From Ignavibacteriota bacterium (lineage in GTDB: Bacteria > Bacteroidota > Ignavibacteria > UBA10030): a DNA stretch of 64,000 nucleotides. Of the stretch, positions 41,345 through 52,800 are shown piece after piece. Position numbers and translations under genes: made by a program. The stretch covers positions 160,001 through 224,000 of the forward strand of contig CAVSHO010000010.1 in the NCBI GenBank assembly GCA_963727825.1, written 5' to 3'. Position 1 is the first letter of the stretch. Each line of letters begins with the position of its first letter. Below the pieces are notes generated by a model. The model was not told the DNA's origin, did no database searches, and was given only the letters and a program-made list of their open reading frames with translations.

Positions 41345-43979
41345 TTATATTACAACCTCTGGTTTTGTCTTTGCCACGAACTCAATCATCCCGCGGTTAT
41401 CTGTTCCAATCTCGACTGTATCTCCATCCGCAACGCTGCCAGTAAGAAGTTTTTCTGATAAAGTATTGATAACATATTTTTGGATAATTCGCTTCAACGG
41501 ACGCGCACCAAAGCTTGGATCGTACCCGATTGTGGCAAGCCGCTCTTTCGCATCAGCAGTAAATTCTAATTTGATGTTCTTATCTGCAACCAACTTCTGT
41601 ACTTGTTTCAATTGCAACTCGACAATTTTCTTTAACTCCGTCATTGTCAATGGTTTGAAAAGAATCACCTCGTCAATGCGGTTGAGAAACTCCGGCCGCA
41701 CTGACTGTTTGAGCATTTCAAAAAGCTGTACGCGCAGCTCACCCATCAAGTCGTCGCGATTTTCTTCTGTCAACGTATCCATCTTCTCTTGAATGAGTTG
41801 AGAGCCAAGATTCGATGTCATAATGACTATTGTGTTTTTGAAATTCACAGTTCGTCCTTTGCTATCCGTCAATCTGCCTTCATCCAGTAATTGCAGAAGA
41901 ACATTGAATACTTCCGGATGAGCTTTTTCAATCTCGTCGAGAAGGACAACTGAGTATGGTTTTCTCCGTACTGCTTCCGTCAACTGGCCGCCTTCTTCAT
42001 AACCAACATAACCTGGCGGTGCGCCAATCAGCCGCGACACCGAAAACTTTTCCATATATTCTGTCATATCGATTCGCACAACAGCATTTTCATCATTGAA
42101 AAGAAATTCGGCAAGTGCTTTCGCTAATTCTGTTTTCCCGACACCGGTGCTGCCGAGGAAGATAAACGAACCTATCGGTTTCCTCTCATCCTGCAATCCT
42201 GCGCGGCTTCTTCGGATTGCATCCGCTACAGCTTTTACAGCATCTTCCTGATCGATCAACCGCTCGTGTATGCGATCTTCTAAATGTAAGAGCTTCGTCC
42301 GATCGCTTTCTAACATACGTTGCACAGGAATACCAGTCCACTTTGCTACAATTTCTGCAATGTCTTCCGCATCGACTTCTTCCTTCAGCATTTTCTGGTG
42401 CTTTTGCACTTCGTTCAGTTTAAGCGATGCTTCCTTCAATTGCTTTTCTAATCCCGCAATAACACCGTAACGCAGTTCTGCCACACGGCCAAGATTGCTT
42501 TGCCGCTCTTGCTGTTCTGCTTCCTTTTTGGCGTTGTCAATATCTTCCTTCATTTTTCGAATAGACTGGATCAGTCCCTTTTCCAACTGCCAGTGCGCCT
42601 TCAACTCAGAGCGAGTTTGATTCAAATCGGCAAGTTCGTGCTTGATTTCTCCAAGGCGAGAATTCGAGTCGGAGTCTTTCTCGCGTTTCACTGCTTCACG
42701 TTCAATTTCTAATTGTTTTATTCGGCGTTCAACGTTATCCAATTCTTCCGGCATCGAATCGATTTCCATGCGAAGTTTCGCTGCCGCCTCATCCACTAGA
42801 TCAATTGCTTTGTCGGGTAAGAAACGATCCGATATATAACGATGGCTTAACTGTGCCGCCGCAACAATTGCACCGTCCGTAATGCGTACACCGTGATGCA
42901 CTTCGTATCGCTCTTTCAATCCGCGCAAAATAGAAATTGTATCTTCCACTGTTGATTCTTCCACAAGCACTGGTTGGAATCGCCGTTCCAATGCGGGATC
43001 TTTCTCAATATATTTTCGATATTCATCAATAGTCGTGGCACCGATGGCTCGCAGATCACCGCGTGCTAATGCCGGTTTCAGCATATTCGACGCATCAACA
43101 GAACCTTGCGCCGCACCAGCGCCAACGAGTGTATGTAGTTCATCGATGAATAAAATAATTTCCCCGTTCGATTCAGTTACTTCTTTAAGTACCGCTTTCA
43201 ATCGTTCTTCAAATTGACCACGGAAACTTGTGCCTGCAACCAGCGTTCCCATATCGAGTGCAACAATGCGCTTCGTCTTCAAACTTTCCGGCACATCGCC
43301 TTGCACAATGCGTTGTGCTATACCTTCGGCAATTGCCGTCTTGCCGACGCCCGGATCACCGATGAGCACCGGATTATTTTTTGTGCGGCGTGAGAGCACT
43401 TGAAGCACGCGGCGAATTTCTTCTTCGCGTCCGATGACTGGATCTAATTTACCTTTACGTGCAAGATCATTAAGGTCGCGGCCAAACCGCTCGAGAGATT
43501 GGTATTTGTCCTCCGGCGTCTGGTCGGTAACACGCTGCGAGCCGCGTACATCTTTCAGCGCCTTGTAAATGCTTTCTTTCGACACGCCTTGATCGGTTAA
43601 TAATTTTATCACTGACGATTTGGCTGCAAGCAATCCCAATAACAAATGTTCGGTGCTGACATATTCGTCTTTCAGCTGTTGCTGCTTCTTGTTGTGCAGA
43701 CTCAAAAACTTGCCCGAGTTGAGGCGAGATATGTTGATTGCCAAGACCGGCGCCCTGTACTTTTGGCAAATGTTCCACCGTCTCGTTAATTTTTATTTTG
43801 AGATAATTGACGTTTGTGCCAAGTTTTTGCAGGATTGGCACGACGATGCCTTCGCTATCTTGCACCAGTGCCGCAAGTAAATGTTCCGGTTCGATAACTT
43901 GATTGCTGTAGCTTGATGCAATCTCCTGTGCGTTCTGTACCGCTTCTTGAGATTTAATTGTAAATTTATTAAAGTTCAT
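41345..43979 (-). CDS. clpB: ATP-dependent disaggregase ClpB, split by a +1 indel at about 43679
   Basis: MNFNKFT N-domain in one ORF; [15 protein letters not shown], middle coiled coil, GSTGVGKTE and GARPLKR in the other. Removing one base joins [14 protein letters not shown]. Confidence 0.95.
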
Positions 43980-44025
43980 GTATTCCTCTGTTCGCTCAAT
44001 CTTTATATAAAACCAAGATATATAA

Positions 44026-44143
44026 CTCCTTCCCCTTTAGGGGAAGGTCGGGATGGGGTCATTTATTTTAATCAGATAAATATTTCAAGTTACAATCGCC
44101 TAATGATGACCTCACCCTAACCCTCTCCTACAAGGAGAGGGAA
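44026..44143. repeat. Inverted REP-like doublet (CCTCACCCTAACCCTCTCC type)
   Basis: CCTTCCCC-ttta-GGGGAAGG-TCGGGATGGGGTCAT ... ATGACCTCACCCTAA-CCCTCTCCT-aca-AGGAGAGGG; related to 53024-53060. Confidence 0.75.
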
Positions 44144-44216
44144 TGTTGTTTCGCTCTACTTTGCACCGGTTCTTGAGGTTTAATTGTAAATTTATTGAAG
44201 TTCATATGTTCCTCTT

Positions 44217-44477
44217 TTACGAAGGCATTTCCTTATCAGTTGTTCCTTCTCCACTCTCTTCTTCCTTCCATTTCTTTTCTGCCTGTTGTTCTATTACCGT
44301 TTCAATCGCATTCTGTTCATCTTTTCCTCCCATATCATGCAATGCTGCCATTGAAGCAAAACTGCCGGAGCGCTGTAAATCTTTTTTGTCTTTATGGGCA
44401 AGTGTATAGATAATTCCAGCCAGCAGAAAAATGATAATACCAATGAATAATAAAAGTGCAATTGTTGAGTCGGACAT
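44217..44477 (-). CDS. Small membrane-anchored protein
   Basis: 86 aa; N-terminal TM helix and acidic tail; co-oriented between dnaK and clpB. Confidence 0.65.
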   Translation of the reverse strand: MSDSTIALLLFIGIIIFLLAGIIYTLAHKDKKDLQRSGSFASMAALHDMGGKDEQNAIETVIEQQAEKKWKEEESGEGTTDKEMPS

Positions 44478-44493
44478 TATCTTTCTCTTTATA

Positions 44494-44580
44494 TTGTCAT
44501 TCCCGAATGTTTCAATCGGGAATCCAGAATTAAGGAAACCGAAATATTAGATGCCCGCTTAACATCCGCGGGCATGACAA
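44494..44580. repeat. GTCATTCCCG...CGGGAATCC-type palindromic element
   Basis: TTGTCATTCCCGA..TCGGGAATCCAG ... ATGCCCGC..GCGGGCATGACAA, with terminal inverted repeats and internal hairpins. Confidence 0.7.
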
Positions 44581-44601
44581 AATAAATCAATTATTAAATA
44601 T

Positions 44602-44627
44602 AAAAGGCGAGTTTTTATCTCGCCTTT
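44602..44627 (-). terminator. Intrinsic terminator after dnaK
   Basis: Minus strand AAAGGCGAG-ataaaaa-CTCGCCTTTT. Confidence 0.6.
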
Positions 44628-44707
44628 CGTTAGTACATCAGATTGGTGAGTATTCACCATACCATCTGTTCTTTTACTCAACTACTTAATACTTCATACT
44701 CATCGAC

Positions 44708-46678
44708 TTACTTATCATCAACAACCTCGAAGTCGGCGTTTTCCACTTTCTTGCCGCCTTGATCGCCACCTTGTTGTTGCTGCGGACCGGCTTGTTCAGC
44801 ACCCGGTTGACCGCCTGCGAACGGACCCTGTTGCTGCCCACCTGCACCAGGAGCTTGCTGTGCTTTTGCCGATTCGTACATCTTTGTCGATGCTTCATTC
44901 CAGGCATTGTTGAGTGCTTCTGTCTTCGCCTTAATATCTGCGGGATTGTTGCCCTTAATTGCTTCTTCAAGAGCATTTGCCGCCGCTTCGACCTTAGACT
45001 TAGTGTCTGCGTTCATCTTATCGCCAAGATCTTTTAACTGCTTTCGCGTTTGGAAGACGAGATTATCCGCTTGATTTTTTGTCTCAATTTCCTCTTTCCG
45101 TTTTTTATCTTCCGCAGCATGCGCCGTCGCATCTGTTTTCATTTTCTCTACTTCTTCTTTGCTCAATCCGCTGGAAGAAGTAATACGAATGGATTGCTCT
45201 TTATTTGTTGCCTTGTCTTTTGCAGAGACGTGCAGCATTCCATTGGCATCGATATCAAACGTAACTTCGATCTGAGGAACACCGCGCGGTGCAGGCGGAA
45301 TACCATCTAAATGAAATTGACCGAGCGTGCGGTTATCTAAAGCCATCGGGCGTTCACCCTGCAAAACATGAATTTCTACGGATGGCTGGCTATCCGATGC
45401 GGTAGAAAATATTTCACTTTTCTTTGTCGGAATGGTTGTGTTCGCTTGAATCATCTGTGTCATCACACCGCCGAGTGTTTCAATTCCAAGGGTTAATGGA
45501 GTAACATCCAGCAAGAGCACATCTGTCACATCTCCGGAAAGTACGCCGCCCTGAATCGCTGCACCTACCGCTACAACTTCATCCGGATTGACTCCTTTAT
45601 GTCCTTCTTTTCCAAATATATCTTTTACCAACTGCTGAACACGCGGCATACGCGTCATTCCACCTACGAGAATAATCTCATCAATTTGATTCGGATTTAA
45701 TCCAGAATCCTTCAATGCTTTTTCTACCGGCGGCATACAACGTTGTACTAAATCTTCCACAAGTTGCTCCAATTTCGCCCGCGTGAGCGTCATGTTCAAG
45801 TGCTTCGGGCCATCTGCTGTTGCTGTAATGAACGGAAGATTAATCTCTGTCTGCAATAACTGCGACAACTCCATCTTTGCTTTTTCCGCTGCTTCACGTA
45901 AACGCTGAAGTGCCATCGGATCTTTGCGAAGGTCTATACTTTCTGTTTTCTTGAATTCATCTGCTATGTAGTCAAGTACACGCATATCAAAATTATCGCC
46001 GCCAAGGTGTGTATCACCGTTAGTGGATTTTACTTCGAACACGCCTTCACCTAATTCAAGCACGGAAATATCAAATGTTCCGCCGCCAAGATCGAATACC
46101 GCAACTTTAGAATCTTTATGTTTCTTATCCAAACCATAAGCCAGTGCCGCCGCTGTCGGTTCGTTAATAATACGCCGAACATTAAGGCCAGCTATTTCAC
46201 CGGCTTCTTTTGTTGCCTGTCGCTGTGCATCGTTGAAGTATGCAGGCACGGTAATGACTGCTTCAGTGATTTTTGTACCAAGATAATCTTCTGCCGTCTG
46301 TTTCATTTTTTGAAGAATCATCGAAGATATTTCCGAAGGTGAATAGACACGATCACCTATTTTCACACGTGCTGTGTTGTTTTCGCCTTGCACCACATTG
46401 TAGGGAACAAGTTTCATTTCTTCATTTACTTCATTATAGAACCGTCCCATAAAACGTTTAATGGAAAAGACAGTGTTTTGTGAATTCGTCACCGCTTGAC
46501 GCTTTGCAGCCGCTCCAACCAGTCGCTCGCCTGACTTTGTAAATCCGACTACAGATGGTGTAGTGCGTGAGCCTTCTGAGTTTGCGATGACAACTGGGTC
46601 ATTGCCTTCCATCACAGCAACACACGAGTTTGTAGTTCCCAGGTCGATACCAATAATTTTTCCTGTATTTTTTGACAT
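44708..46678 (-). CDS. dnaK: Chaperone DnaK (Hsp70)
   Basis: [32 protein letters not shown] and [11 protein letters not shown] motifs. Confidence 0.99.
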   Translation of the reverse strand: MSKNTGKIIGIDLGTTNSCVAVMEGNDPVVIANSEGSRTTPSVVGFTKSGERLVGAAAKRQAVTNSQNTVFSIKRFMGRFYNEVNEEMKLVPYNVVQGENNTARVKIGDRVYSPSEISSMILQKMKQTAEDYLGTKITEAVITVPAYFNDAQRQATKEAGEIAGLNVRRIINEPTAAALAYGLDKKHKDSKVAVFDLGGGTFDISVLELGEGVFEVKSTNGDTHLGGDNFDMRVLDYIADEFKKTESIDLRKDPMALQRLREAAEKAKMELSQLLQTEINLPFITATADGPKHLNMTLTRAKLEQLVEDLVQRCMPPVEKALKDSGLNPNQIDEIILVGGMTRMPRVQQLVKDIFGKEGHKGVNPDEVVAVGAAIQGGVLSGDVTDVLLLDVTPLTLGIETLGGVMTQMIQANTTIPTKKSEIFSTASDSQPSVEIHVLQGERPMALDNRTLGQFHLDGIPPAPRGVPQIEVTFDIDANGMLHVSAKDKATNKEQSIRITSSSGLSKEEVEKMKTDATAHAAEDKKRKEEIETKNQADNLVFQTRKQLKDLGDKMNADTKSKVEAAANALEEAIKGNNPADIKAKTEALNNAWNEASTKMYESAKAQQAPGAGGQQQGPFAGGQPGAEQAGPQQQQGGDQGGKKVENADFEVVDDK

Positions 46679-46821
46679 TGTAAAACTCCTTTACTTTCGC
46701 GGCTTGTATACCGCTGATATGTGGATTGATGCACCAACGGGCCGGGATTGATCCACTTCAAACCCGACCCTAATGGCGCGTTGATCGATCAATGGAGGAA
46801 TTTCATTCATCCACTATGTTG

Positions 46822-47286
46822 TTACTTCACTTTAACTTCTATTTGTTTCGGTTTCGCTTCTTCTGCTTTCGGCAATGCCACCGTCAAGATGCCATCTTTG
46901 TAAGAAGCATCGATCTTGTCAGCTTTTACTGCAGCCGGAAGTGTGAAAGATCGTTGGAAAGAACCATAGCTCCGCTCGACGCGGTGATAATTCTCTTTCT
47001 TCGTTTCCTTCTCTTGTTTCTTCTCGCCACGAATCGTCAGGATGTTATTCTCAAGCGTGAGTTTCACTTCATCCTTATTGACTCCGGGCAATTCTACCTT
47101 CACCAAATATTCATCGTCATGTTCGGCAATATCGACTGCCGGCGTCCACGATGAGATTGCATAATCTTCATCGTTTGTGCCGCGGAAGAAACCATCGAAC
47201 ATCCGGTTCATTTCCCTCTGAATCCCAAACAGATCAGAGGGCCAAGTCGCTAATTCGCGAGCTGGATTCCATCGTACGAGTGACAT
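46822..47286 (-). CDS. Small heat shock protein (Hsp20)
   Basis: PAVDI.E, ELPG, ERSYGSFQRSF and ASYKDGILT motifs. Confidence 0.96.
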   Translation of the reverse strand: MSLVRWNPARELATWPSDLFGIQREMNRMFDGFFRGTNDEDYAISSWTPAVDIAEHDDEYLVKVELPGVNKDEVKLTLENNILTIRGEKKQEKETKKENYHRVERSYGSFQRSFTLPAAVKADKIDASYKDGILTVALPKAEEAKPKQIEVKVK

Positions 47287-47314
47287 ACGTCTACCCTCCT
47301 TTAAGATTGTTTAT

Positions 47315-47725
47315 TTAGTTAATTGAAATTTCCCTTGCCTTCACCGCTTCGGTTTTCGGCAAGGTGATTGTTAAAATGCCATTACTCATTTCTGCGGATA
47401 TCTTTGCTGAATTTATTTCATATCCTAGCCGCACAGAACGATCGAAACTCTCAGATTGAGTTTCTTTCAGAAGAACTTTCGCCTTTTCAGACAACTCAAC
47501 AGGTTTTCGTTCTCCACTAATCGCTAATACATTCTTCTCAAATGTAATCTTCACATCTTCCTTCTTCATGCCGGGCAATTCTGCACTGACAACGATCTCA
47601 TTTTCTTGTTCGATAATATCGAGCGCCGGAAATTCTGTCCGAACCGGTAATCTATCGGTTGCAAGGAAATCATTCATTAGACTGTCGCATTCACAAGTTC
47701 TAGGATAATCAAATCGTACTAACAT
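47315..47725 (-). CDS. Small heat shock protein (Hsp20)
   Basis: PALDI.E, AELPG and AEMSNGILTITLPK motifs. Confidence 0.92.
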   Translation of the reverse strand: MLVRFDYPRTCECDSLMNDFLATDRLPVRTEFPALDIIEQENEIVVSAELPGMKKEDVKITFEKNVLAISGERKPVELSEKAKVLLKETQSESFDRSVRLGYEINSAKISAEMSNGILTITLPKTEAVKAREISIN

Positions 47726-47768
47726 TGTTGTATCTCCTTTTTAGATTTTAATTTGTTACTATAAATAA

Positions 47769-47784
47769 ATCAATAGGCGTGCCA
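47769..47784 (-). promoter_or_regulatory. Putative sigma54 (-24/-12) promoter of hsp20-hsp20-dnaK
   Basis: TGGCACG-CCTA-TTGAT versus consensus TGGCACG-N4-TTGC; inverted repeat TTGGCAG-N5-CTGCCAA at 47844-47862 upstream. Confidence 0.65.
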
Positions 47785-48054
47785 AATAGAAAAGTGCGGA
47801 TTACGACTGGTTTTTAGAGGATGAAAATCTTCGTCTCAGCATTTTGGCAGTTTATCTGCCAATGTTTCCGATAACTCAATCCTATTGTGGCAGAATTATA
47901 GGAAGAAACGGCAGAAGGAAATGATAAGAAGAACAAAAGAGTAGCTCATAGGATATGATGAAAGAAAGATTGATGGTTAGAAATTTCCGAGTCACTTGTT
48001 ATGGCAATGGCAAAAGTTTGAAGATATTCCTGCAATAGAGACCTTCAATTTTTA

Positions 48055-48074
48055 CCCGCCGTCTTTTTGGCGGG
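48055..48074. repeat. Family B-like palindrome
   Basis: CCCGCC-GTCTTTTT-GGCGGG in AT-rich intergenic DNA. Confidence 0.5.
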
Positions 48075-48260
48075 GAACGTCTATACAATATGCTATGCTA
48101 TCATTTCCCGCGCTTTCCTTGATATTCGTTTTGCAACTTCGTACGTTTCTTTTGCTACTGAAAACAGAAATTCAAACTACTTTCACTTTAGTAGCAGCTA
48201 AGAGGAATTTGATTTCTATAAGTTTTGTAAGAATTATTAATAAATGATAGGAATAGCTAT

Positions 48261-48893
48261 ATGAATTTTTCAACAATACAACGATGGGGCGGAATTGCAA
48301 TAATACTTGGTTCAATATTTCTTACTGCCTGGGCAATATGTTGGACAACTCTTTTACCAGTGAACGAACGAGCCAGGGATATATCTCTCATGATTTCAAA
48401 TCCTAACTGGATATGGATTTCTTCATTAGCTTATCCAGGAACTCTTTTCATGATTTTTGGTTTTACAGCGGTTTATGCAAGACTCTACAATAAAGCTGGA
48501 GTTCTCGGTTTTATCGGCTATGTATTTATTATTCTCGCATACATTTTTCAAGCAGCAAAGATTACGTGGGAAATTTTCATTTATCCAATTATAGTGGGAT
48601 ATGAGCCCTCTATTGCATTGTTCAGGGATAGAATATTGTTGCAGCATCCTCAGTTCATTTTATTCAGATTGTTTGCAAGTATAACTATTTTTGTTGGTGT
48701 TATTCTTCTTTGCATTATGTTGATAAGAAGCCGTGAGTTTCCGAAAAGCGCAGGGATTCTGATTTTTTGCGGCGCAATAATTTATGCTGTTGGCCCATTG
48801 ATCAACATCTATTTGGCTATTGCAGGAGTTGTAATACTTTCTATTGGATGTTTTATCTTGGGATACAAAATGCTTTTCAATGTGATGGAATAA
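48261..48893 (+). CDS. Hypothetical integral membrane protein
   Basis: 210 aa with about 6 hydrophobic segments. Confidence 0.8.
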   Translation: MNFSTIQRWGGIAIILGSIFLTAWAICWTTLLPVNERARDISLMISNPNWIWISSLAYPGTLFMIFGFTAVYARLYNKAGVLGFIGYVFIILAYIFQAAKITWEIFIYPIIVGYEPSIALFRDRILLQHPQFILFRLFASITIFVGVILLCIMLIRSREFPKSAGILIFCGAIIYAVGPLINIYLAIAGVVILSIGCFILGYKMLFNVME

Positions 48894-48907
48894 TGGATTT
48901 GATAGTG

Positions 48908-48931
48908 GTGTCAGGAATTATTTCCTGACAC
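48908..48931. repeat. GTGTCAGGA..TCCTGACAC palindrome, copy 1
   Basis: GTGTCAGGAA-ttat-TTCCTGACAC; second copy at 61667. Confidence 0.7.
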
Positions 48932-48954
48932 TAAACTTTCAATGTGATTGAACA

Positions 48955-49770
48955 ATGACAATACATAAAGAATTTGTAGAAAATATTATAGAAAAAGTTA
49001 AATCCGATCCAACTATTGTGGGATTAGCTATCGGTGGTTCTTGGATTGATAATCAAATTGACGAATTCTCTGATCTTGATTTCATATTAATTACAGATCA
49101 GCTCGTTTCTGATGACTTCAACAAAATGTATAACTATGCCAAACAATTCGGCAGTCTCTTGAATGCATTTACCGGCGAACACATTGGAGAAAAAAGATTG
49201 CTCATATGTATGTACGATAATCCGCTGATTCATGTTGATATAAAATTTATTCTGATAGAAGATTTAAAGCACCGAGTAGAAGATCCCATTATTTTATGGG
49301 ATAGAGATGGATCGGTTAAAAGGATTATAGAAACCTCAACTTCGGAATGGCCAACAGTAAATTTTCAATGGATTGAAGACCGGTTCTGGACATGGATTCA
49401 TTATACTGCATCAAAACTTGGAAGGGGCGAATATTATGAGGCTCTCGATTGTCTTTCATTTTTAAGAATGAATGTGCTATCTCCGCTTTTGCAAATAAAA
49501 AACAGGCAGAAGCCGCGCGGACTTCGGAAAATAGAGCGAACATGCCGCAAAGAAGATCTTCTGAAATTGCAGGAGACGGTTTCCACATATTCAGCGGAAT
49601 CTATTGCTCTTTCTTTGGAGAAGGCGATAAAATTGTATCGAGAACTGAGAAAAGAACTCTTCAAAGACAATATTATTCTCCGTAAGGATACAGAAAAAAT
49701 ATGCATTGATTATTTTGATAAGATTAAAAAAAGACGCACACCCCTCCGGTTTGCGATTAAATCGAAATAA
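48955..49770 (+). CDS. Pol-beta superfamily nucleotidyltransferase (aminoglycoside/lincosamide adenylyltransferase-like)
   Basis: GGS......DEFSDLDF motif and VDIKF; helical C-domain with RGEYYEA. Confidence 0.75.
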   Translation: MTIHKEFVENIIEKVKSDPTIVGLAIGGSWIDNQIDEFSDLDFILITDQLVSDDFNKMYNYAKQFGSLLNAFTGEHIGEKRLLICMYDNPLIHVDIKFILIEDLKHRVEDPIILWDRDGSVKRIIETSTSEWPTVNFQWIEDRFWTWIHYTASKLGRGEYYEALDCLSFLRMNVLSPLLQIKNRQKPRGLRKIERTCRKEDLLKLQETVSTYSAESIALSLEKAIKLYRELRKELFKDNIILRKDTEKICIDYFDKIKKRRTPLRFAIKSK

Positions 49771-49870
49771 TAGTACTATTTTCTAAAGCAATCCCCTGCC
49801 ACAATACTTTGAGGCAAGCAACCAAGTGCTTGCCCTTTCCGATGAGATTGAATTCTATACAGGATAGTAA

Positions 49871-52800
49871 ATGATAGAAACATACATCAAGAAAGTAGCA
49901 TCCAGCACTGCTCAAGGCGATGCCCGCGAAGAAAGTTATTATGGAAATTTCTCCAACTTTCTCGAATCCTTCGCTGAGGAAACAGGCAAAAAGCGTATTC
50001 AAATCACCACCCTCCCTAAAAAGACCGAAGCTGGTAACCCTGATTTCCGTGTGTGGGATGGCAGGCAGCAAATCGTTGGGTACATCGAAGCGAAGAAGCC
50101 GGGAGAGAATCTCGATCTCATCGAAGATTCCGAACAACTGAAACGCTACCGCGCCACCTTTCCTAATCTTATCCTCACCGATTTTTACGAATTCCGGTTA
50201 TATCGCAACGGCGAATTGTTCGATAAAGTTCTTCTTGCCAGGCCGTTTATTGCCAAAAAACTCAAAACGGTGCCGCCGGTTGAACACAAAGAGAAGTTTA
50301 TTACGCTTCTGGAAAAATTCTTTTCCTTCTCTCTTCCAAAAGTCTTTACGGCAGAAAATCTTGCTGTAGAGCTGGCAAAGCGCACCGGTTTTTTACGCGA
50401 TGAAGTAGTCGTCAAAGAACTGGAAGAAGCAGAACACGGTAAAGGAAAAACTTTCGGCTTCTATACTGCCTTCAAACAATATCTCGTTTCCGATCTTTCA
50501 CCGAAAGATTTTGCGGACATCTATTCGCAAACCATTACTTACGGATTGTTCGCCGCACGAACGCGTGCAACCGGAGAGTTCAACCGAAAATTAGCGTATG
50601 ATCTTATTCCCAAAACCATCGGCATTCTGCGGGACGTGTTTAGGTTCATTTCTCTCGACAAATTGCCGCCGCAAATGGAAGTGATCATTGATGACATTGC
50701 CGAAGTACTTCAAGCGGCCGATGTGAACAAAATATTAGACGAATATTATCGAAAAGGAAAAGGCGAAGACCCGATTGTCCATTTCTACGAGACCTTTTTG
50801 AATATCTACGATCCCGGCACGCGCGAGAAACGCGGCGTGTATTACACGCCGGAGCCGGTTGTGAAATATATTGTCCGCGCCATTCATGATTTGCTTAAAA
50901 CGCATTTCCATTTGCAGGACGGACTTGCAAACAAGGAAGTGACCCTGCTTGATCCGGCCGGCGGAACGCTCACATTCCCCGCGGAAGCGATTAAGTTAGC
51001 GGTGGAAGAGTACACCACAAAATATGGTGACGCGGGAAAAACCAAACTGATTAAAAACCAGATTCTTAAAAACTTTTATGCGTTCGAGCTGATGATGGCT
51101 CCTTATGCCATCGGGCATATTAAAATTAGTTTCTTACTGGAAGAACTCGGCTACACAATGCAAGAAGACGACCGCTTTAAGCTCTACCTAACCAACACGC
51201 TGGATATGGAAGATTTAAAGCAAACTGAAATTCCCGGACTTGAATCCCTAAGCGATGAAAACCACCTTGCCGGACAGATAAAACAAAAAGAGCCGATACT
51301 TGTTATTCTCGGCAATCCTCCATACAGTGGACACTCCGCAAACAAAAATGATTGGACAGAAAAACTATTAAAAGAAGATATTGACGGGGCAACAGGATAT
51401 TATACGGTCGATGGACAACCGCTTGGAGAGAAAAATCCCAAATGGCTGCAAGATGATTATGTAAAGTTTCTGCGCTTTGCTCAATGGAAGATTCATAAAG
51501 CCGGGCAAGGTATCGTGGGAATGATTACTAATCACAGTTATCTGGATAATCCCACGTTTCGCGGAATGCGTCAGAGTTTAATGAACACATATAACGAGAT
51601 TTATATTGTTGATCTGCATGGCAATTCTTTGAAGAAAGAAACAACTCCAGACGGTGGTAAAGATGAAAATGTTTTTGATATTCGTCAGGGAACAGCAATT
51701 GCGGTTTTTGCAAAGATAAAGAATACAAAAGGATGTAAAGTCTATCAACGTGATATTTTTGGTTTAAGAGAAGAAAAATACGATTGGCTTGAAAAGAAAC
51801 CGTTTAAGAAAAAAGACTATGAAGTATTAGACCCAATAATACCATGGTATTTTTTGACGCAAAGTAATACAGAAGAGATTGAATACTATAATCGTTGGTG
51901 GAAAGTCAATGACATATTCCCGATTAACAGTGTTGGGATTGTCACAGCAAGAGATGATTTTGCTATTTCATTTAATAAAGAAGCCCTTGAAGGCAGAATA
52001 AGACAATTCAGGAACCTAAAATTTGATTTAGAGTTTCTTAAAAGTGCTTACAATCTGAAAAGTTCGGGGACGTGGGATATAAGTAATGCAAGGGAAGAAT
52101 TAGCAAAAGACAACAATTATGATGAACATTATCATAAAATTCTCTATCGTCCTTTTGATAATCGTTTGATCTACTATTGCGAGACAATAATTGAAAGAAT
52201 GCGATTTGATATAATGCAGCATATGCTTAAACCAAACATTTCACTTTGTTTTGTTCGGCAATATTCAGGTGATTCGCCTTATTCTCATGCATTAGTCTCC
52301 GAGAGTATGATCGATAATAGAACATTCTTTAGTAGTAAAGGAATCATACAGCAAGCACCTCTTTATCTCTACGAAACCGAGAAAGCAAAAAAGCGCGCCG
52401 CACTTTCCACGATGATGCTGTTTGATAACGTGGTAGAATACGGAAAAGCGAAAGGAAAGAAAGCGAACATTGCGCCGAAAGTGTTTGAGCAATTGGAGAA
52501 AGCGTACGGCAAGGTCCCAACGCCGGAACAAATCCTCGGTTACTGTTATGCCGTTTTATACAGCAATGCTTACCGCGAAAAGTTTGCGGAGTTTTTGAAG
52601 ATCGATTTTCCGCGCATACCATTTACAAAGAATTATGATCTCTTTAAAGAAATGTCCAAACTTGGCGAAGAGCTGATCGAATTACATCTATTGAAACACA
52701 AAGCTCTGAACAAGCCCATCCTCAAATATTTCGGCAAAGGAAAAGACGATACCATCGTCAAGCCGCGCTATGATGAAGAACGAGAATACGTGTTCATCAA

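Noticed and set aside
47726-47990. CIRCE/HrcA operator upstream of the heat-shock genes
   Set aside because: No TTAGCACTC-N9-GAGTGCTAA match seen here or upstream of dnaK or clpB.
47996-48247. 83-aa plus-strand ORF containing a palindrome
   Set aside because: TTG start, no RBS and no motifs; probably non-coding or decayed sequence.
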